A DNA stretch of 64,000 nucleotides from a virus (IMGVR_UViG_3300027852_000034:33461-97460), one strand, 5' to 3'. Counted from the stretch's first letter, positions 19,663-29,812 are shown. Numbers and translations: made by a program. The notes: generated by a model from the sequence alone, not told the origin.

Positions 19663-20011
19663 AGAAAGATGGCAATACACATGCCCTAAATGCGGACAAG
19701 GTGGTGCTGGTCCACCTAACATGACATATAAATGTCATAGACCAAAGTGTGATGGTATTATGAAACATTCTCATAACGGTACAATCTTAAAAACAAGATT
19801 ATGTGATGAGGACTGTAATCATTGTCCTATAATAATGCATCCTAATTACCGTCTAGTGACCTTAATATTAAATGAGGCATTAGAAACCTTTGGTAACGAC
19901 TTTTATGGTATAGTTCAAAAGCATTGTCCTAATATGACTGTTTGTGCAGAATGTCGCATTGATGATTTTTGTCACGTAGAAGATTGTACAATTATGAAGG
20001 AACTGAAATGA
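19655..20011 (+). CDS. Zn-finger hypothetical protein
   Basis: ORF 118 aa, CPKCG...CHRPKCDG...CAEC. Confidence 0.5.
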   Translation: MTEERWQYTCPKCGQGGAGPPNMTYKCHRPKCDGIMKHSHNGTILKTRLCDEDCNHCPIIMHPNYRLVTLILNEALETFGNDFYGIVQKHCPNMTVCAECRIDDFCHVEDCTIMKELK

Positions 20012-20292
20012 AAAGATTAGAAAATTGGGCATTGGTAACAACCAACTCAGATCCATATAAAGCTCCTGAATTATGTTCTTATAAATTATCAGGAGAAGTC
20101 TATGGACACCCCAAATTTGAAGATGGTACAAAAGTAACTACATCTATCATTATTAGAACAATCTGCAACACTGAAGAACAAGTGGTACGGACCATATCTG
20201 GTTCTATCTACGAATTAGGTGATCCTGATCCTGAATATGAGGCAATGTTTCCTGATGCTAAGGCAAGATTTTTTAAAGCCAATTATTTATAG
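20008..20292 (+). CDS. hypothetical protein
   Basis: ORF track 19969..20292 trimmed to MKRLENW (AAGGAACTGAAATG). Confidence 0.5.
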   Translation: MKRLENWALVTTNSDPYKAPELCSYKLSGEVYGHPKFEDGTKVTTSIIIRTICNTEEQVVRTISGSIYELGDPDPEYEAMFPDAKARFFKANYL

Positions 20293-20300
20293 GAAATCAA

Positions 20301-20789
20301 ATGAGAGAATGTGGTGATTGTGGTTTATGTTGCAAGTTACTCAGTGTTAATGAGATTGAAAAACCTGCAGGTGTGTGGTGCCAACATTGGAAAAAAGGTG
20401 AAGGGTGCACCATACATGAGGAACGTCCTGAAGCCTGCAAATCTTTTCAATGTGGATGGATTCAACTTGACAGTGTGCCTGATAACCTACAACCTAATAA
20501 AACCAAATGTTTTATCGGTAGTACACAAAATGAAGGACTCGTAATCTATGTTGATCCTCCTTATCCTTATGCATATCGTGAAGGCAAGTTTGGTAATTTC
20601 CTAGCAAGTACTGTAAGTCAACCCGCTATGGATGGTAAAGCTGTATATGTTGTTATAGGAGATAAACGGAAAAAATTAGTTGATACTACACCAGAAGCAT
20701 CCCCCAACTATCAGCCCAATATACATGGCACCATAACTCTAAATCCCAACAATCATATTTTAAAATGTTGTGAAAAAGATCAGCCATAA
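20301..20789 (+). CDS. Cys-rich hypothetical protein
   Basis: ORF 162 aa, CGDCGLCC...CQHW...C..H...C..FQC. Confidence 0.55.
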   Translation: MRECGDCGLCCKLLSVNEIEKPAGVWCQHWKKGEGCTIHEERPEACKSFQCGWIQLDSVPDNLQPNKTKCFIGSTQNEGLVIYVDPPYPYAYREGKFGNFLASTVSQPAMDGKAVYVVIGDKRKKLVDTTPEASPNYQPNIHGTITLNPNNHILKCCEKDQP

Positions 20790-20796
20790 CAGTACA

Positions 20797-21132
20797 CTAC
20801 TTTTGGATAAATTTAACTGTTAAATCGGGAGGAGAGATATAAGGAAGGTTGTATGCTTTGGAAAAACTTTTATTCGCTTTCAGTCGCCAAGTACACATCG
20901 GTTGTACTGTTATTGATTCTACTATACCTGTCTGTTTATTAATCTTGGTTATTGTAATATTTGATCGTGCTATGAAAGTGTCAATGTAATTTTTAATCTG
21001 ATCGAAATACCATCCTGTGAATCCTAACTCATCTCTTAAATATGGTAAAGTAAGATGAACATAAATATCATCTATATAAGTTTGATATTTAATTGAGTCT
21101 AAAAAGCAGTCCCTCAAAGCATCCATATCCAT
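20797..21132 (-). CDS. hypothetical protein (downstream of rep, same strand)
   Basis: ORF 111 aa on - strand. Confidence 0.5.
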   Translation of the reverse strand: MDMDALRDCFLDSIKYQTYIDDIYVHLTLPYLRDELGFTGWYFDQIKNYIDTFIARSNITITKINKQTGIVESITVQPMCTWRLKANKSFSKAYNLPYISPPDLTVKFIQK

Positions 21133-21207
21133 GCCCTTCTTATTTGTTAATTTGACTACCCGAGTATAAGCAGTGTAATAAAAGGGGCCATAAAAAGCTA
21201 GTCCAAC

Positions 21208-22176
21208 TTAACGACTTTTTCTATCAAGTTCCTTAGCAGTCATGGATAATATATCCCTATAAGTAATACCTTGGTTATGTGACATAAGGATATGTAAAAG
21301 TTTATCGGGACCACCTTCATGACCTACAATTTCAGGTACCTTTTCAGATAGATAGGTTTCCACTTTATCCTTTAAATTTTTATCCTGTACAGAAGAGTGT
21401 TCTATAACACCTGAAAGGATGTCCTCTTCTTTTTTTGCATCGTAGTCAAACAAAAAAGTTATACCTATAACCTTCCTACCTGATTTCTTCAACTCCATGG
21501 AGATATTATAAATAGGTAAAGAAACAGCTTGAATCTCTTTTATAGATTTTTCTAGTACCTTAGACTTAAAATTTCTAAAATCTTTATAACTAACATTATC
21601 TTGAACATCCATCAATCTATGCAACTCTATCAATTCAAAATATCTAGATTTATGATTACTGTTTTTATATTGATATAAAAGCTGGTATAATCTTATCGCA
21701 TGTTTAGATCGAAGTGGTGCCAACATATACATCTGCCATTTGGTATATTGGGAAAGATCTTTCGCTTTCTCCCACAGATCATAATTCATACGCATATTAA
21801 ATTCTTTAGTAACAGGATCATAACCTATTCTAGTAAATACAGGATATTGATCCCATCTTCCATGTTCGTTAAGTTCCTCAAAATAAACATCCCGAAGCTT
21901 TCCAACTAATACAGAATTGCGCACAGTCAAAGCCTTAGTACTAGAAATATGGAATTGTTCTACTAACTCATGGATAGGGAAACATATCAAAGACTTTTCT
22001 ATATAAGAATCTTGTTTTTGTAATTTAGAGATATACACAGCAAAGAACTTTAAAGCTATTGGTGAATACCTGCGTAACATCATCTCATTTAGAGAATTAG
22101 GCATACAAACACAAGAAGATTTTGTACCTACCCTCAGATTATTTTTTTGCATAAAAACACCCCAAATTAAGGACAC
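21208..22176 (-). CDS. rep: Rep_3-family replication initiator (iteron-binding Rep)
   Basis: LRSKHAIRLYQLLYQYK...YKDFRNFKSKVLEKSIKEIQ...KKSGRKVIGITFLFD matches the Rep_3 signature (LRSKYSIRLYELL / kkGRkv.gieF); iterons immediately upstream of its start. Confidence 0.7.
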   Translation of the reverse strand: MSLIWGVFMQKNNLRVGTKSSCVCMPNSLNEMMLRRYSPIALKFFAVYISKLQKQDSYIEKSLICFPIHELVEQFHISSTKALTVRNSVLVGKLRDVYFEELNEHGRWDQYPVFTRIGYDPVTKEFNMRMNYDLWEKAKDLSQYTKWQMYMLAPLRSKHAIRLYQLLYQYKNSNHKSRYFELIELHRLMDVQDNVSYKDFRNFKSKVLEKSIKEIQAVSLPIYNISMELKKSGRKVIGITFLFDYDAKKEEDILSGVIEHSSVQDKNLKDKVETYLSEKVPEIVGHEGGPDKLLHILMSHNQGITYRDILSMTAKELDRKSR

Positions 22177-22329
22177 TTTTTGTATATGTTTAGGAGACTA
22201 TACACTAATTTAACTATCGTATAAACTCCTATATTAACGAAACGTATTGTAACCTTCTTTACACATTACACATAACACTTCAGTATACCTTAGTACACTA
22301 TGACAACCCTAAAATGCCCTGATCTAGAA

Positions 22330-22407
22330 CCTCCTTTACACATTACCGTAACCTCCTTTACACATTACCGTAACCTCCTTTACACATTACCGTAACCTCC
22401 TTTACAC
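22330..22407. repeat. iterons: 3.5 tandem copies of 22-bp CCTCCTTTACACATTACCGTAA (plus a degenerate copy at ~22252-22270)
   Basis: Perfect direct repeats, unit length about two helical turns, located 150 bp upstream of rep start. Confidence 0.85.
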
Positions 22408-22439
22408 GTATGGAGCTAAAACTTCTTTAAATTCAACAA

Positions 22440-22660
22440 CTTCCTAGGTCTAAAATATTAAAACTTTAAAGTTTTAAAAGAGTATTTCAGAACATACATA
22501 TATTCTTCATACAAAATCTACAGCAGATCTAAACGAAAGAATCTACTTTATTCTTTTAGTTTATAGTCTTATAAGAATACAATAGGCTTCGCCTATTTGA
22601 TCCATCATGATCTACTGCGTAGATCTATTCTGTATCAATTTTAATTTTTCTTTGAGAGTA
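22440..22660. other. AT-rich putative DNA unwinding region of an iteron origin
   Basis: ORF-free very AT-rich stretch with palindromes (AAACTTTAAAGTTTTAAAAG; GATCTACTGCGTAGATC) adjacent to iterons. Confidence 0.5.
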
Positions 22661-22678
22661 CAGGTATAACTATTGACA
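22661..22678 (+). promoter_or_regulatory. class-B promoter-like motif CAGGTATAACTATTGACA
   Basis: Same AGGTATAACTATTG core as the promoters of the Y-RNA arrays; upstream of gene 22717. Confidence 0.5.
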
Positions 22679-22716
22679 CAGAAAACTGAAATTAGAAAAC
22701 TGAGATTTGAGATTGA

Positions 22717-23181
22717 ATGCCTAAAGGAACTAAATTTTCTTTCGTTGATAAGAACGTATTACTGGCTCTAAGAAATGCCGACTTCATTACCTTCAACAAC
22801 ATAGAAAGAAAAAAATCTAAAATAATCTGTACTAAGGAAGTAGATGGTAGAAAACTGAACTACGAATTTGATGTGAACAGTGATCTTGAAATACCGAATC
22901 TGATACCTGAATTTTTGAAACTTACGAAAATCGTATATGCAAAGTACATAGCTCTATATGTACCTTATGACTGGGAAATACAATCTGTTTTTGGACTCTT
23001 GCAACTGAATGACGAATTAGAACTTATTTGGCAACCTGATGTACTCAGTGATCCTAAAAATGATTCACACTTAGATGCTCTGAAGTTAATCATTTATAGA
23101 AAGGAACAACGGTTCCATTTTAAATTAGGATTTTTTCTAAGCAACTCTAAGGATAGAATGATAAAGATAAATAATGAATAG
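22717..23181 (+). CDS. hypothetical protein
   Basis: ORF 154 aa. Confidence 0.5.
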   Translation: MPKGTKFSFVDKNVLLALRNADFITFNNIERKKSKIICTKEVDGRKLNYEFDVNSDLEIPNLIPEFLKLTKIVYAKYIALYVPYDWEIQSVFGLLQLNDELELIWQPDVLSDPKNDSHLDALKLIIYRKEQRFHFKLGFFLSNSKDRMIKINNE

Positions 23182-23785
23182 GAGAATAATTATGGGAACT
23201 AGACACCTTATTGCAGTTGTAAGCAATAATGAATATAAAATTGCTCAATATGGACAATGGGATGGTTATCCAGAAGGACAAGGAATTCAAGTGTTAGACT
23301 TTTTACGTTCAAATGATCTCAATGAATTTAAAAAGACCTTAGAAAATGTAAGATTTATCACACAAGAAGAATGGGATGAGATCATAAGAAATCATACAGA
23401 TGATGGTAGTGTAATCTATGATAGTGAACATGCTAAGTATTGGGACACTCATCTTAGACATTTCAGTAGAGATGCAAGTTCTGAAATACTACACCTAGTA
23501 AATAATATAGGAATAACTGTAGTACGAAGTTCTTTACCATTTGCAGGAGATTCTTTATTCTGTGAATGGGCATATGTTATAGATTTAGATACAGATACCC
23601 TAGAAGTGTATAGAGGTTTCAATAAAGAACCTATAACAACAGGTAGATTTAAATCAGATGATCCAGAACTTGATACTTCTAAAGATTATGAACCTGTAAA
23701 ACTCATAAAAGAATACAAGTTAAATGATCTTCCTACAGAAGAGCAGTTCCTAGAGGATCTTACAGAAGAGGAAGAAGCAGCTTGA
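23174..23785 (+). CDS. hypothetical protein
   Basis: ORF 203 aa. Confidence 0.55.
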   Translation: MNRRIIMGTRHLIAVVSNNEYKIAQYGQWDGYPEGQGIQVLDFLRSNDLNEFKKTLENVRFITQEEWDEIIRNHTDDGSVIYDSEHAKYWDTHLRHFSRDASSEILHLVNNIGITVVRSSLPFAGDSLFCEWAYVIDLDTDTLEVYRGFNKEPITTGRFKSDDPELDTSKDYEPVKLIKEYKLNDLPTEEQFLEDLTEEEEAA

Positions 23786-24270
23786 TGATTAAAGTCATTT
23801 CTGGAGGACAGACAGGTGCAGATCAAGGAGGTCTGCTTGCAGCGACAATTTTAGGAATACCTACAGGTGGTACTGCACCTCATGGATTTAAAACTGAAAC
23901 TGGAAACGACCCTGAATTACTTCGTGGTGTGTATAAATTAAAACAGAACAAGTCTACGGATTATAGAGCTAGAACATATGCCAATTGTAAAGATTCAGAG
24001 ATTACGCTTTGGTTTGGACATGTTCAAACACCTGGATATTATTGCACTGAACAAGGATGTGTTTTAGGTAATTCTATTTTCAGAATAATTTTAAAACCTC
24101 AAGAAATATACGGAGTTGAATATCAAAGATTAATAACTGATCTTAAAGCTTTATTAGAGGTGCAAGACAATCTTGTGATTAATATAGCGGGTAATAGAGA
24201 AAGTGGAAATCCAGGACTTTCGACAACTGTTACGGCTTACATGCTTGAGGTATTGCAGGAGTTTTTGTAG
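23782..24270 (+). CDS. SLOG-superfamily protein (MoCo-carrier/LOG-like, GGQTGAD motif)
   Basis: ISGGQTGADQGGLLAA resembles the SGGQTGADRAAL motif of MoCo-carrier/SLOG proteins; family assignment by eye only. Confidence 0.45.
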   Translation: MMIKVISGGQTGADQGGLLAATILGIPTGGTAPHGFKTETGNDPELLRGVYKLKQNKSTDYRARTYANCKDSEITLWFGHVQTPGYYCTEQGCVLGNSIFRIILKPQEIYGVEYQRLITDLKALLEVQDNLVINIAGNRESGNPGLSTTVTAYMLEVLQEFL

Positions 24271-24320
24271 GTACTTGTTACAATAAACCACATTAATATA
24301 TTGTAAATCCTTTTCATTTT

Positions 24321-24338
24321 CTATATTATATATAGTGT
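24321..24338 (+). promoter_or_regulatory. class-A promoter-like motif
   Basis: CTATATTATATATAGTGT upstream of gene 24371. Confidence 0.45.
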
Positions 24339-24370
24339 AAAACTAATAACATTTGAAAAGGAGAAGTGAT

Positions 24371-25288
24371 GTGACTACACTTGCAAAAGAAGAATTGTTA
24401 CACCTTAAAGTTAATGAGGTTGCTATAGTAGAAGGTCGTAACAAAAGGTTTGATGAAGGTGATCTAAATGAACTAGCTGATAGCATCGAACATAACGGTG
24501 TTTCAAATCCTATAAAGGTTCAGAAAGTAGCTGGTAAATATCAGCTAGTAGATGGTCATCGCAGACGTGCATCCTGTGAAATTCTACGCAAACGATATGT
24601 TGGTAAAAAAGTACCTGTAGTAAATAACTACCCTATCACCTCACTCCCCGCAAGAATTATAAACTCTGATGCATCCGAAACAGATATCGTTATCAGCATG
24701 TTGGTATCGAATGACGGCAAACCTTTTCTTCCTCTTGAAGAGGCTCAGATGTTTCAAGATCTACATAACAGCGGAATGAAGAATGATGAGATTGCAAAAA
24801 AGATAGGCAAGTCCGTAGCTCATGTATCTGACAGGTTATCATTGTTAAACGCCTCAGATGCGGTTAAGAACGCCGTAGAAGATGGATCTATTTCTACAAG
24901 GGATGCAGTAGCTATATCTCGCCGCATCAAAGATGAGGGCGCACAAGGGGATATGGTGAAACGTATTCAAACAGAAGGCAATAGCGTTATCAATACAGAG
25001 TTATTGAAAGGACGCTTGAAAAAAGAACAGTGGGAGACAGCAGAAGTCTTATATGAAGACTTTATGGCAAGCAAAATGCATCCTGAAGTAACAGCGCAGC
25101 TCAAAAAACCTGGCAATGATATTGATAAAGTGCTCTTACAGATTATAAAGCGTCCTGATTTCGAGTACATTTATAACTTGGGACGTATGGCAGGAGCCGG
25201 TGCTATGGCGCATCTAAACATTACCGAAATACTGAACAAACTGCACACTCGCAACGGTGGTATTGAAGGTATTTATAAGGAGAAGTAA
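24371..25288 (+). CDS. ParB-like nuclease-domain protein
   Basis: ORF track 24353..25288, GTG start after AAAAGGAGAAGTGAT; NPIKVQKVAGKYQLVDGHRRRAS is a ParB/Srx N-terminal domain motif. Confidence 0.65.
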   Translation: MTTLAKEELLHLKVNEVAIVEGRNKRFDEGDLNELADSIEHNGVSNPIKVQKVAGKYQLVDGHRRRASCEILRKRYVGKKVPVVNNYPITSLPARIINSDASETDIVISMLVSNDGKPFLPLEEAQMFQDLHNSGMKNDEIAKKIGKSVAHVSDRLSLLNASDAVKNAVEDGSISTRDAVAISRRIKDEGAQGDMVKRIQTEGNSVINTELLKGRLKKEQWETAEVLYEDFMASKMHPEVTAQLKKPGNDIDKVLLQIIKRPDFEYIYNLGRMAGAGAMAHLNITEILNKLHTRNGGIEGIYKEK

Positions 25289-25289
25289 C

Positions 25290-25700
25290 ATGGCTAAAAA
25301 CAGACTGCCGGGATATAAAACACTCATAGATCGTTATGCTCAAATTGCTGTCCAAGTAAAGGAGTTAAATAATCAAAAGGACGCATTAAAAGCAGATATT
25401 CTAATAAAAATGGAAGATGTAGATCCAGAGTCTTTTATTGCACTTCAAAATGAGCCTGACATACTTATAGATTTATATGGTAAGACACATATGATTACTA
25501 TTAGCAGTCAAGCTAAGAATACAGTAATTCCTGATATGCATAAGGTACGTAAAAAACTTAGTGCTAAGGATTTTTGGGATAACACCACTATTCCTATAGG
25601 TACCTTAAAAGAAATTATGTCTCCTAAACAAGTAAAAAGTGTTACAGGCATTGAAAGAGGTTCCAGAAAATGGAACGCAAAAATCTTACCTGAAAATTAA
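25290..25700 (+). CDS. hypothetical protein
   Basis: ORF track 25257..25700 trimmed to MAKNRLPGYK (AAGGAGAAGTAACATG). Confidence 0.5.
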   Translation: MAKNRLPGYKTLIDRYAQIAVQVKELNNQKDALKADILIKMEDVDPESFIALQNEPDILIDLYGKTHMITISSQAKNTVIPDMHKVRKKLSAKDFWDNTTIPIGTLKEIMSPKQVKSVTGIERGSRKWNAKILPEN

Positions 25701-25781
25701 AGTCTACACAAGTTTTAAGAAGTAGAGGTATTGTGTATGCTAATAACAATTAATAAAATAGCAATAAAGTTGAGGTGAGGT

Positions 25782-26330
25782 ATGTTTGATACTCCTTACG
25801 GGGATAGCACAACAAAAAAGGTGTTAGGTAGAGGAATCACATCTTTTTCTGTAAATGGTGAAGATCATGTGCATTTGATGAAGTCTATGAATAACAAAGT
25901 ACCGAAACCTTTCAGAAGTAAGAATGGTTGGTACACTCCTGTAGGATCTGCAATTTTAGCCTTACTTTTTCCTAACTCTTTTACTGCTAAAGAACATGTT
26001 CAAAGTGACAAATATTTTAGAGAAAATTTCCCTGATGTATTAGAAGAAATTAAAGGTATAGTATATTTACCCACACTATTCACATCCAAAGCAAAACATA
26101 AAAACAGATTCTTCCATCAAAATAAAAACAACTATATAGAGTTAGAAACTTGGACTGATGAGGACGAAAATGTCCCACTCGGTACTGTCTTAATCAAAGC
26201 AGCTTTAGGAGGCGATCCTGAAAATCACATCACATACTTTCAAGTAAATGAGGTTGAATATATTACAAAAACTACGATGTATGGATTCGTGTGTATTTTA
26301 GGATTGCATGAGGAAAGAGAGTTATCGTGA
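25782..26330 (+). CDS. hypothetical protein
   Basis: ORF 182 aa, GAGGTGAGGTATG RBS. Confidence 0.5.
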   Translation: MFDTPYGDSTTKKVLGRGITSFSVNGEDHVHLMKSMNNKVPKPFRSKNGWYTPVGSAILALLFPNSFTAKEHVQSDKYFRENFPDVLEEIKGIVYLPTLFTSKAKHKNRFFHQNKNNYIELETWTDEDENVPLGTVLIKAALGGDPENHITYFQVNEVEYITKTTMYGFVCILGLHEERELS

Positions 26331-26352
26331 AATAAGCGTTGTTTCAAAATAA

Positions 26353-26378
26353 GGTATACTTTATAATATATATAAGTA
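26353..26378 (+). promoter_or_regulatory. class-A promoter-like motif
   Basis: GGTATACTTTATAATATATATAAGTA upstream of helicase gene. Confidence 0.55.
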
Positions 26379-26434
26379 CAAAAGCAAAATCGTACCTACA
26401 TAATTTACTTTAATCTGAGAATCAGGAGTCTAGC

Positions 26435-28978
26435 ATGGCGACTTTCGTAAAAATCTCAAAAGACCAGTTTTCAGAATGGGCTGATGGTCAATTTGGGTTT
26501 AACAATTGGGAATATAAGAAACCAGATTTCGGCATAGAACTAGTACTTGTAGCTGCTGCCAATATCCCTCAATTTGAATATCACATATACACCACTTTAA
26601 CTGAAGAAGCTGGTGAAACCAGAGACAGTGGCACAGATGCCATCCGTTGTGTACTACTTGATACTGAATGTAATAAACCTGCTGGACATACAAAGAAGGT
26701 CCTTCGTGTAATAGGTAAAACAACTGTATGGGAACGTCTTGAACAAAGATTGCAATCTTTAAATGAAATTATGGAGGACTTGGAGTTTTGTAACAAATGC
26801 GGTTCTCATATGGTAGAACGTGAAAACAGAAAAACTGGTCATAAGTTTATGGGATGCAGTGCATACCCTAATTGTGGAAAAGAAAAAAGAGAATATCCTC
26901 TTATCACTAAAAAAGAAGAAGAGGATATAATCCTACAGGATAAAAACCTATCTGAATATGAGGAGCCCTGTGATTCGGAAAATTTTGCAGGGACCAAAAA
27001 CCCCAATTGCAATTTAGTCTCTGAGGCAGAACTTGTTTCTACTTCAGACTATCCTCATGTACAGTTTCCGTTTCCTAGTTTCAATCGTATGCAAAGTACG
27101 ATCATGAAACACGGTTACTGGAACCAGGATATAAATCTTGTGCTTGGTACTACAACATCATCAGGTAAAACTGTTGCTGCTGAAATGTTTATGGCAGAGA
27201 CATTAAAACAAGGAGACACAGTAGTATACGTTTCGCCTCTTAAATCATTGACACAGGAAAAGTATGATGAATGGAGCGAAAGATACTCAGACTACAGCAT
27301 TTGCATATTAACAGGTGACTATACCCTGACAGATAAAAGAACAAAAGAACTAAACGATGCCGATATAGTCTGCTTAACATCTGAAATGATTGATAGCAGA
27401 ACCCGTAATCATCAATCAGAAAAGTCAGACTGGATGTTTGATGTTAAGTTGGTGATTGTTGATGAAACCCACATCATTAGCACAAACAGAGGACATGCTG
27501 TTGAAGCTGGTCTTATGCGATTTGCTAAATTGGTACCAGCAGCTAGATTACTGTGTTTATCTGCTACGATGCCTAATGTTACAGATTTCAAACAATGGCT
27601 AACAGCACTGAACAACAAAGAGACTGCTGTAATTAACAGTGATTGGCGTCCTGTTCATCTTGAATGGCATTATGTAAAACATCAGACACAAGGTTCCTAC
27701 TACGAGTGTCAGGCTAGTAAACAAAATCTAGCAATGCAGCTAATTGAATCAAAACCTAATGAAAAATTCCTAGTCTTTGTACACGACAAAAATACTGGTC
27801 GTCAACTTACCAGCAAGATTCAAAGTTCTGGTATAGAGACTTACTTTCATAATGCTGACCTTGCATTAAATGATAGATTGGAAATAGAAACCCAATTTGC
27901 TGACAAAAAGACAGGTATCAGAGTAATGGTATCTACTTCGACACTTGCTTGGGGACGAAACTTACCTGCAAAAAACGTTATCATAACTGGTGTACACAGA
28001 GGTCTAAATGATGTAGACGAATTGGATATCATCCAGATGGCTGGTCGTGCAGGTCGTGCCGGAGTTGATAAAGAAGGTGATGTATTCCTAATTTGTGACA
28101 ATCCTCACTTTTGGGAACACACAGTCAACAATCCTCGTAGAGTGACTAGTACATTATTAGATGAAGGCATACTAGGATTCCATATACTTGCAGAAGTAAA
28201 GAACAACCAAATTTGGAATCACAGTACTTTGATGAAATGGTTTGAAAGAACCTTAGCTACTCTGCAAATGGAAGTACAAAGTGATCTTATAAATAAGGTT
28301 ATAGCATCCTTACAGCAGATGGGTATGCTAGTAATAGATAATGATAAATATAAGATTACACGTTTAGGTCGTGTGTCAGCTACGCTATACTATCTGCCTG
28401 ATGATATTTATCATTGGTCTATGAACTTCAGTAAGATAAGCGAAAATAACCTGTGGGATAGTGATCTAGCAGTGTCATATGTATTAGGTACAACACCGTC
28501 ATTAGATTTAGGTTATGTACCCCGCGCAATGGATGACGATGTTGCAGAGTACACAGCTCATGTAAACAGGATATGGCCTGGTGATGCACACTATGTAAAA
28601 CGTTCCGTAATAGCCACACAACTGTATGATCTACTTACACAAGGAAAATCTTCAGCTTATGTCAGGACTGCTCAGTACGATGTAGAAAGAATATCGCAAG
28701 CACTTACTTGGATTGATGGTATCAGACATTGGAATAACAGAAATTTCTGGAAAGCTTTACCGATACGTATTAAATACGGTGTAGGTAAAGAACTTGTAGA
28801 TCTTTGTATGCTGCCAGGTGTAGGTTCTGTCAGAGCGAAAAAACTCTATGCTGAGAACATTCGATCTCTTAATGATGTAATGAAAGCAGAACATGTTAGA
28901 CTAAAGCGTGTATTAGGTGAAGCGGGAGCAGCAAAAGTTAAGACTGCTGCAAAGAAAATGCTAGGTGAGGTTGCATGA
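26435..28978 (+). CDS. SF2 DEAD/DEAH-box helicase with N-terminal topoisomerase-type Zn ribbon
   Basis: 847 aa; CNKCGSHMVER...GCSAYPNCG Zn ribbon; Walker A TTSSGKT; motif II VIVDETH; motif III SATMPN; motif VI QMAGRAGRAG. Confidence 0.8.
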   Translation: MATFVKISKDQFSEWADGQFGFNNWEYKKPDFGIELVLVAAANIPQFEYHIYTTLTEEAGETRDSGTDAIRCVLLDTECNKPAGHTKKVLRVIGKTTVWERLEQRLQSLNEIMEDLEFCNKCGSHMVERENRKTGHKFMGCSAYPNCGKEKREYPLITKKEEEDIILQDKNLSEYEEPCDSENFAGTKNPNCNLVSEAELVSTSDYPHVQFPFPSFNRMQSTIMKHGYWNQDINLVLGTTTSSGKTVAAEMFMAETLKQGDTVVYVSPLKSLTQEKYDEWSERYSDYSICILTGDYTLTDKRTKELNDADIVCLTSEMIDSRTRNHQSEKSDWMFDVKLVIVDETHIISTNRGHAVEAGLMRFAKLVPAARLLCLSATMPNVTDFKQWLTALNNKETAVINSDWRPVHLEWHYVKHQTQGSYYECQASKQNLAMQLIESKPNEKFLVFVHDKNTGRQLTSKIQSSGIETYFHNADLALNDRLEIETQFADKKTGIRVMVSTSTLAWGRNLPAKNVIITGVHRGLNDVDELDIIQMAGRAGRAGVDKEGDVFLICDNPHFWEHTVNNPRRVTSTLLDEGILGFHILAEVKNNQIWNHSTLMKWFERTLATLQMEVQSDLINKVIASLQQMGMLVIDNDKYKITRLGRVSATLYYLPDDIYHWSMNFSKISENNLWDSDLAVSYVLGTTPSLDLGYVPRAMDDDVAEYTAHVNRIWPGDAHYVKRSVIATQLYDLLTQGKSSAYVRTAQYDVERISQALTWIDGIRHWNNRNFWKALPIRIKYGVGKELVDLCMLPGVGSVRAKKLYAENIRSLNDVMKAEHVRLKRVLGEAGAAKVKTAAKKMLGEVA

Positions 28979-29139
28979 TATTAGTACGGGCAATAATATT
29001 CGGAATTCTTTTCGTAACAATTATGGATTTACAAGGTTTGTCGATCCCTCAATTATTTGTATTGGCTGTAATATTGTCAGGATCGACAGACGTTGTTTAC
29101 ATCATTATCCTATTGATAACAAAACAAAAAGAGGATTGA
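28975..29139 (+). CDS. small hydrophobic membrane protein (54 aa)
   Basis: ATG overlaps helicase TGA (ATGA); MILVRAIIFGILFVTIMDLQGLSIPQLFVLAVILSG; preferred over ORF-track 28965..29174. Confidence 0.4.
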   Translation: MILVRAIIFGILFVTIMDLQGLSIPQLFVLAVILSGSTDVVYIIILLITKQKED

Positions 29140-29221
29140 AATTACCAGTATTTTGTATTATAATAAACCTATAAATTGCTTGAGGATTTAACCGCTACAT
29201 CACAATAAGGGGACATTCAAA

Positions 29222-29812
29222 ATGGATTATCTTTCCATTTATTCCTTCGAGGGTCCAATCGAAGGATACGTAATCAATTTCCTACAAAAAAATTACTGGA
29301 GGGTAAAAAATTATTTTGATTATGAAGATGCGGTACAAGAAGCACGGTATACTTTCACGCTTCTTTTAAGGAGAATGGAGAGAAACAATTCATTGATTGA
29401 AAATGCAAAGCATCTTATGTCCTTATTTAAAAGTGCTTGGACACGTCATTTTCACACTCTATCTAATCGTGATACCAAACGTATAGATTTTGCAATTTCT
29501 AATTACACAACTGAAGATCATGATGATTGGATATTAGACTCAATTAATCTAGATGCAAGTTCCCATAACTTAGGATATTTAGAAGTAGTAATTGATCAAG
29601 CACCTAAAGAAGTACGACAAGTTTTAAATCTTTTACTTACAGCACCTAAAGAGATGTTAGGAATGGCTGTAGAAAGTTGGGGTAACAACAACAAAAGAAA
29701 CTCTACTATAACCAATGAATTTCTGTGTCGCATGTTAGGTTACAATCATAAAGAAATAGATTTAATAAAGAACGTACGGAACTACTTACTGACAGATCAA
29801 ACACAGGTATAA
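29222..29812 (+). CDS. hypothetical protein (possible regulatory/sigma-like, unverified)
   Basis: ORF 196 aa, AAGGGGACATTCAAAATG RBS. Confidence 0.5.
   Translation: MDYLSIYSFEGPIEGYVINFLQKNYWRVKNYFDYEDAVQEARYTFTLLLRRMERNNSLIENAKHLMSLFKSAWTRHFHTLSNRDTKRIDFAISNYTTEDHDDWILDSINLDASSHNLGYLEVVIDQAPKEVRQVLNLLLTAPKEMLGMAVESWGNNNKRNSTITNEFLCRMLGYNHKEIDLIKNVRNYLLTDQTQV

Noticed and set aside
22330-22407. Direct 22-bp repeats considered as a CRISPR array
   Set aside because: The repeats are contiguous with no spacers. There are only 3.5 copies, and they sit directly upstream of a Rep_3 initiator next to an AT-rich region. These are iterons.
28965-29174. 69-aa ORF from the six-frame track after the helicase
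   Set aside because: It starts inside the helicase coding end with no RBS. An alternative 54-aa hydrophobic ORF (28975-29139), whose ATG overlaps the helicase stop (ATGA), is more plausible.
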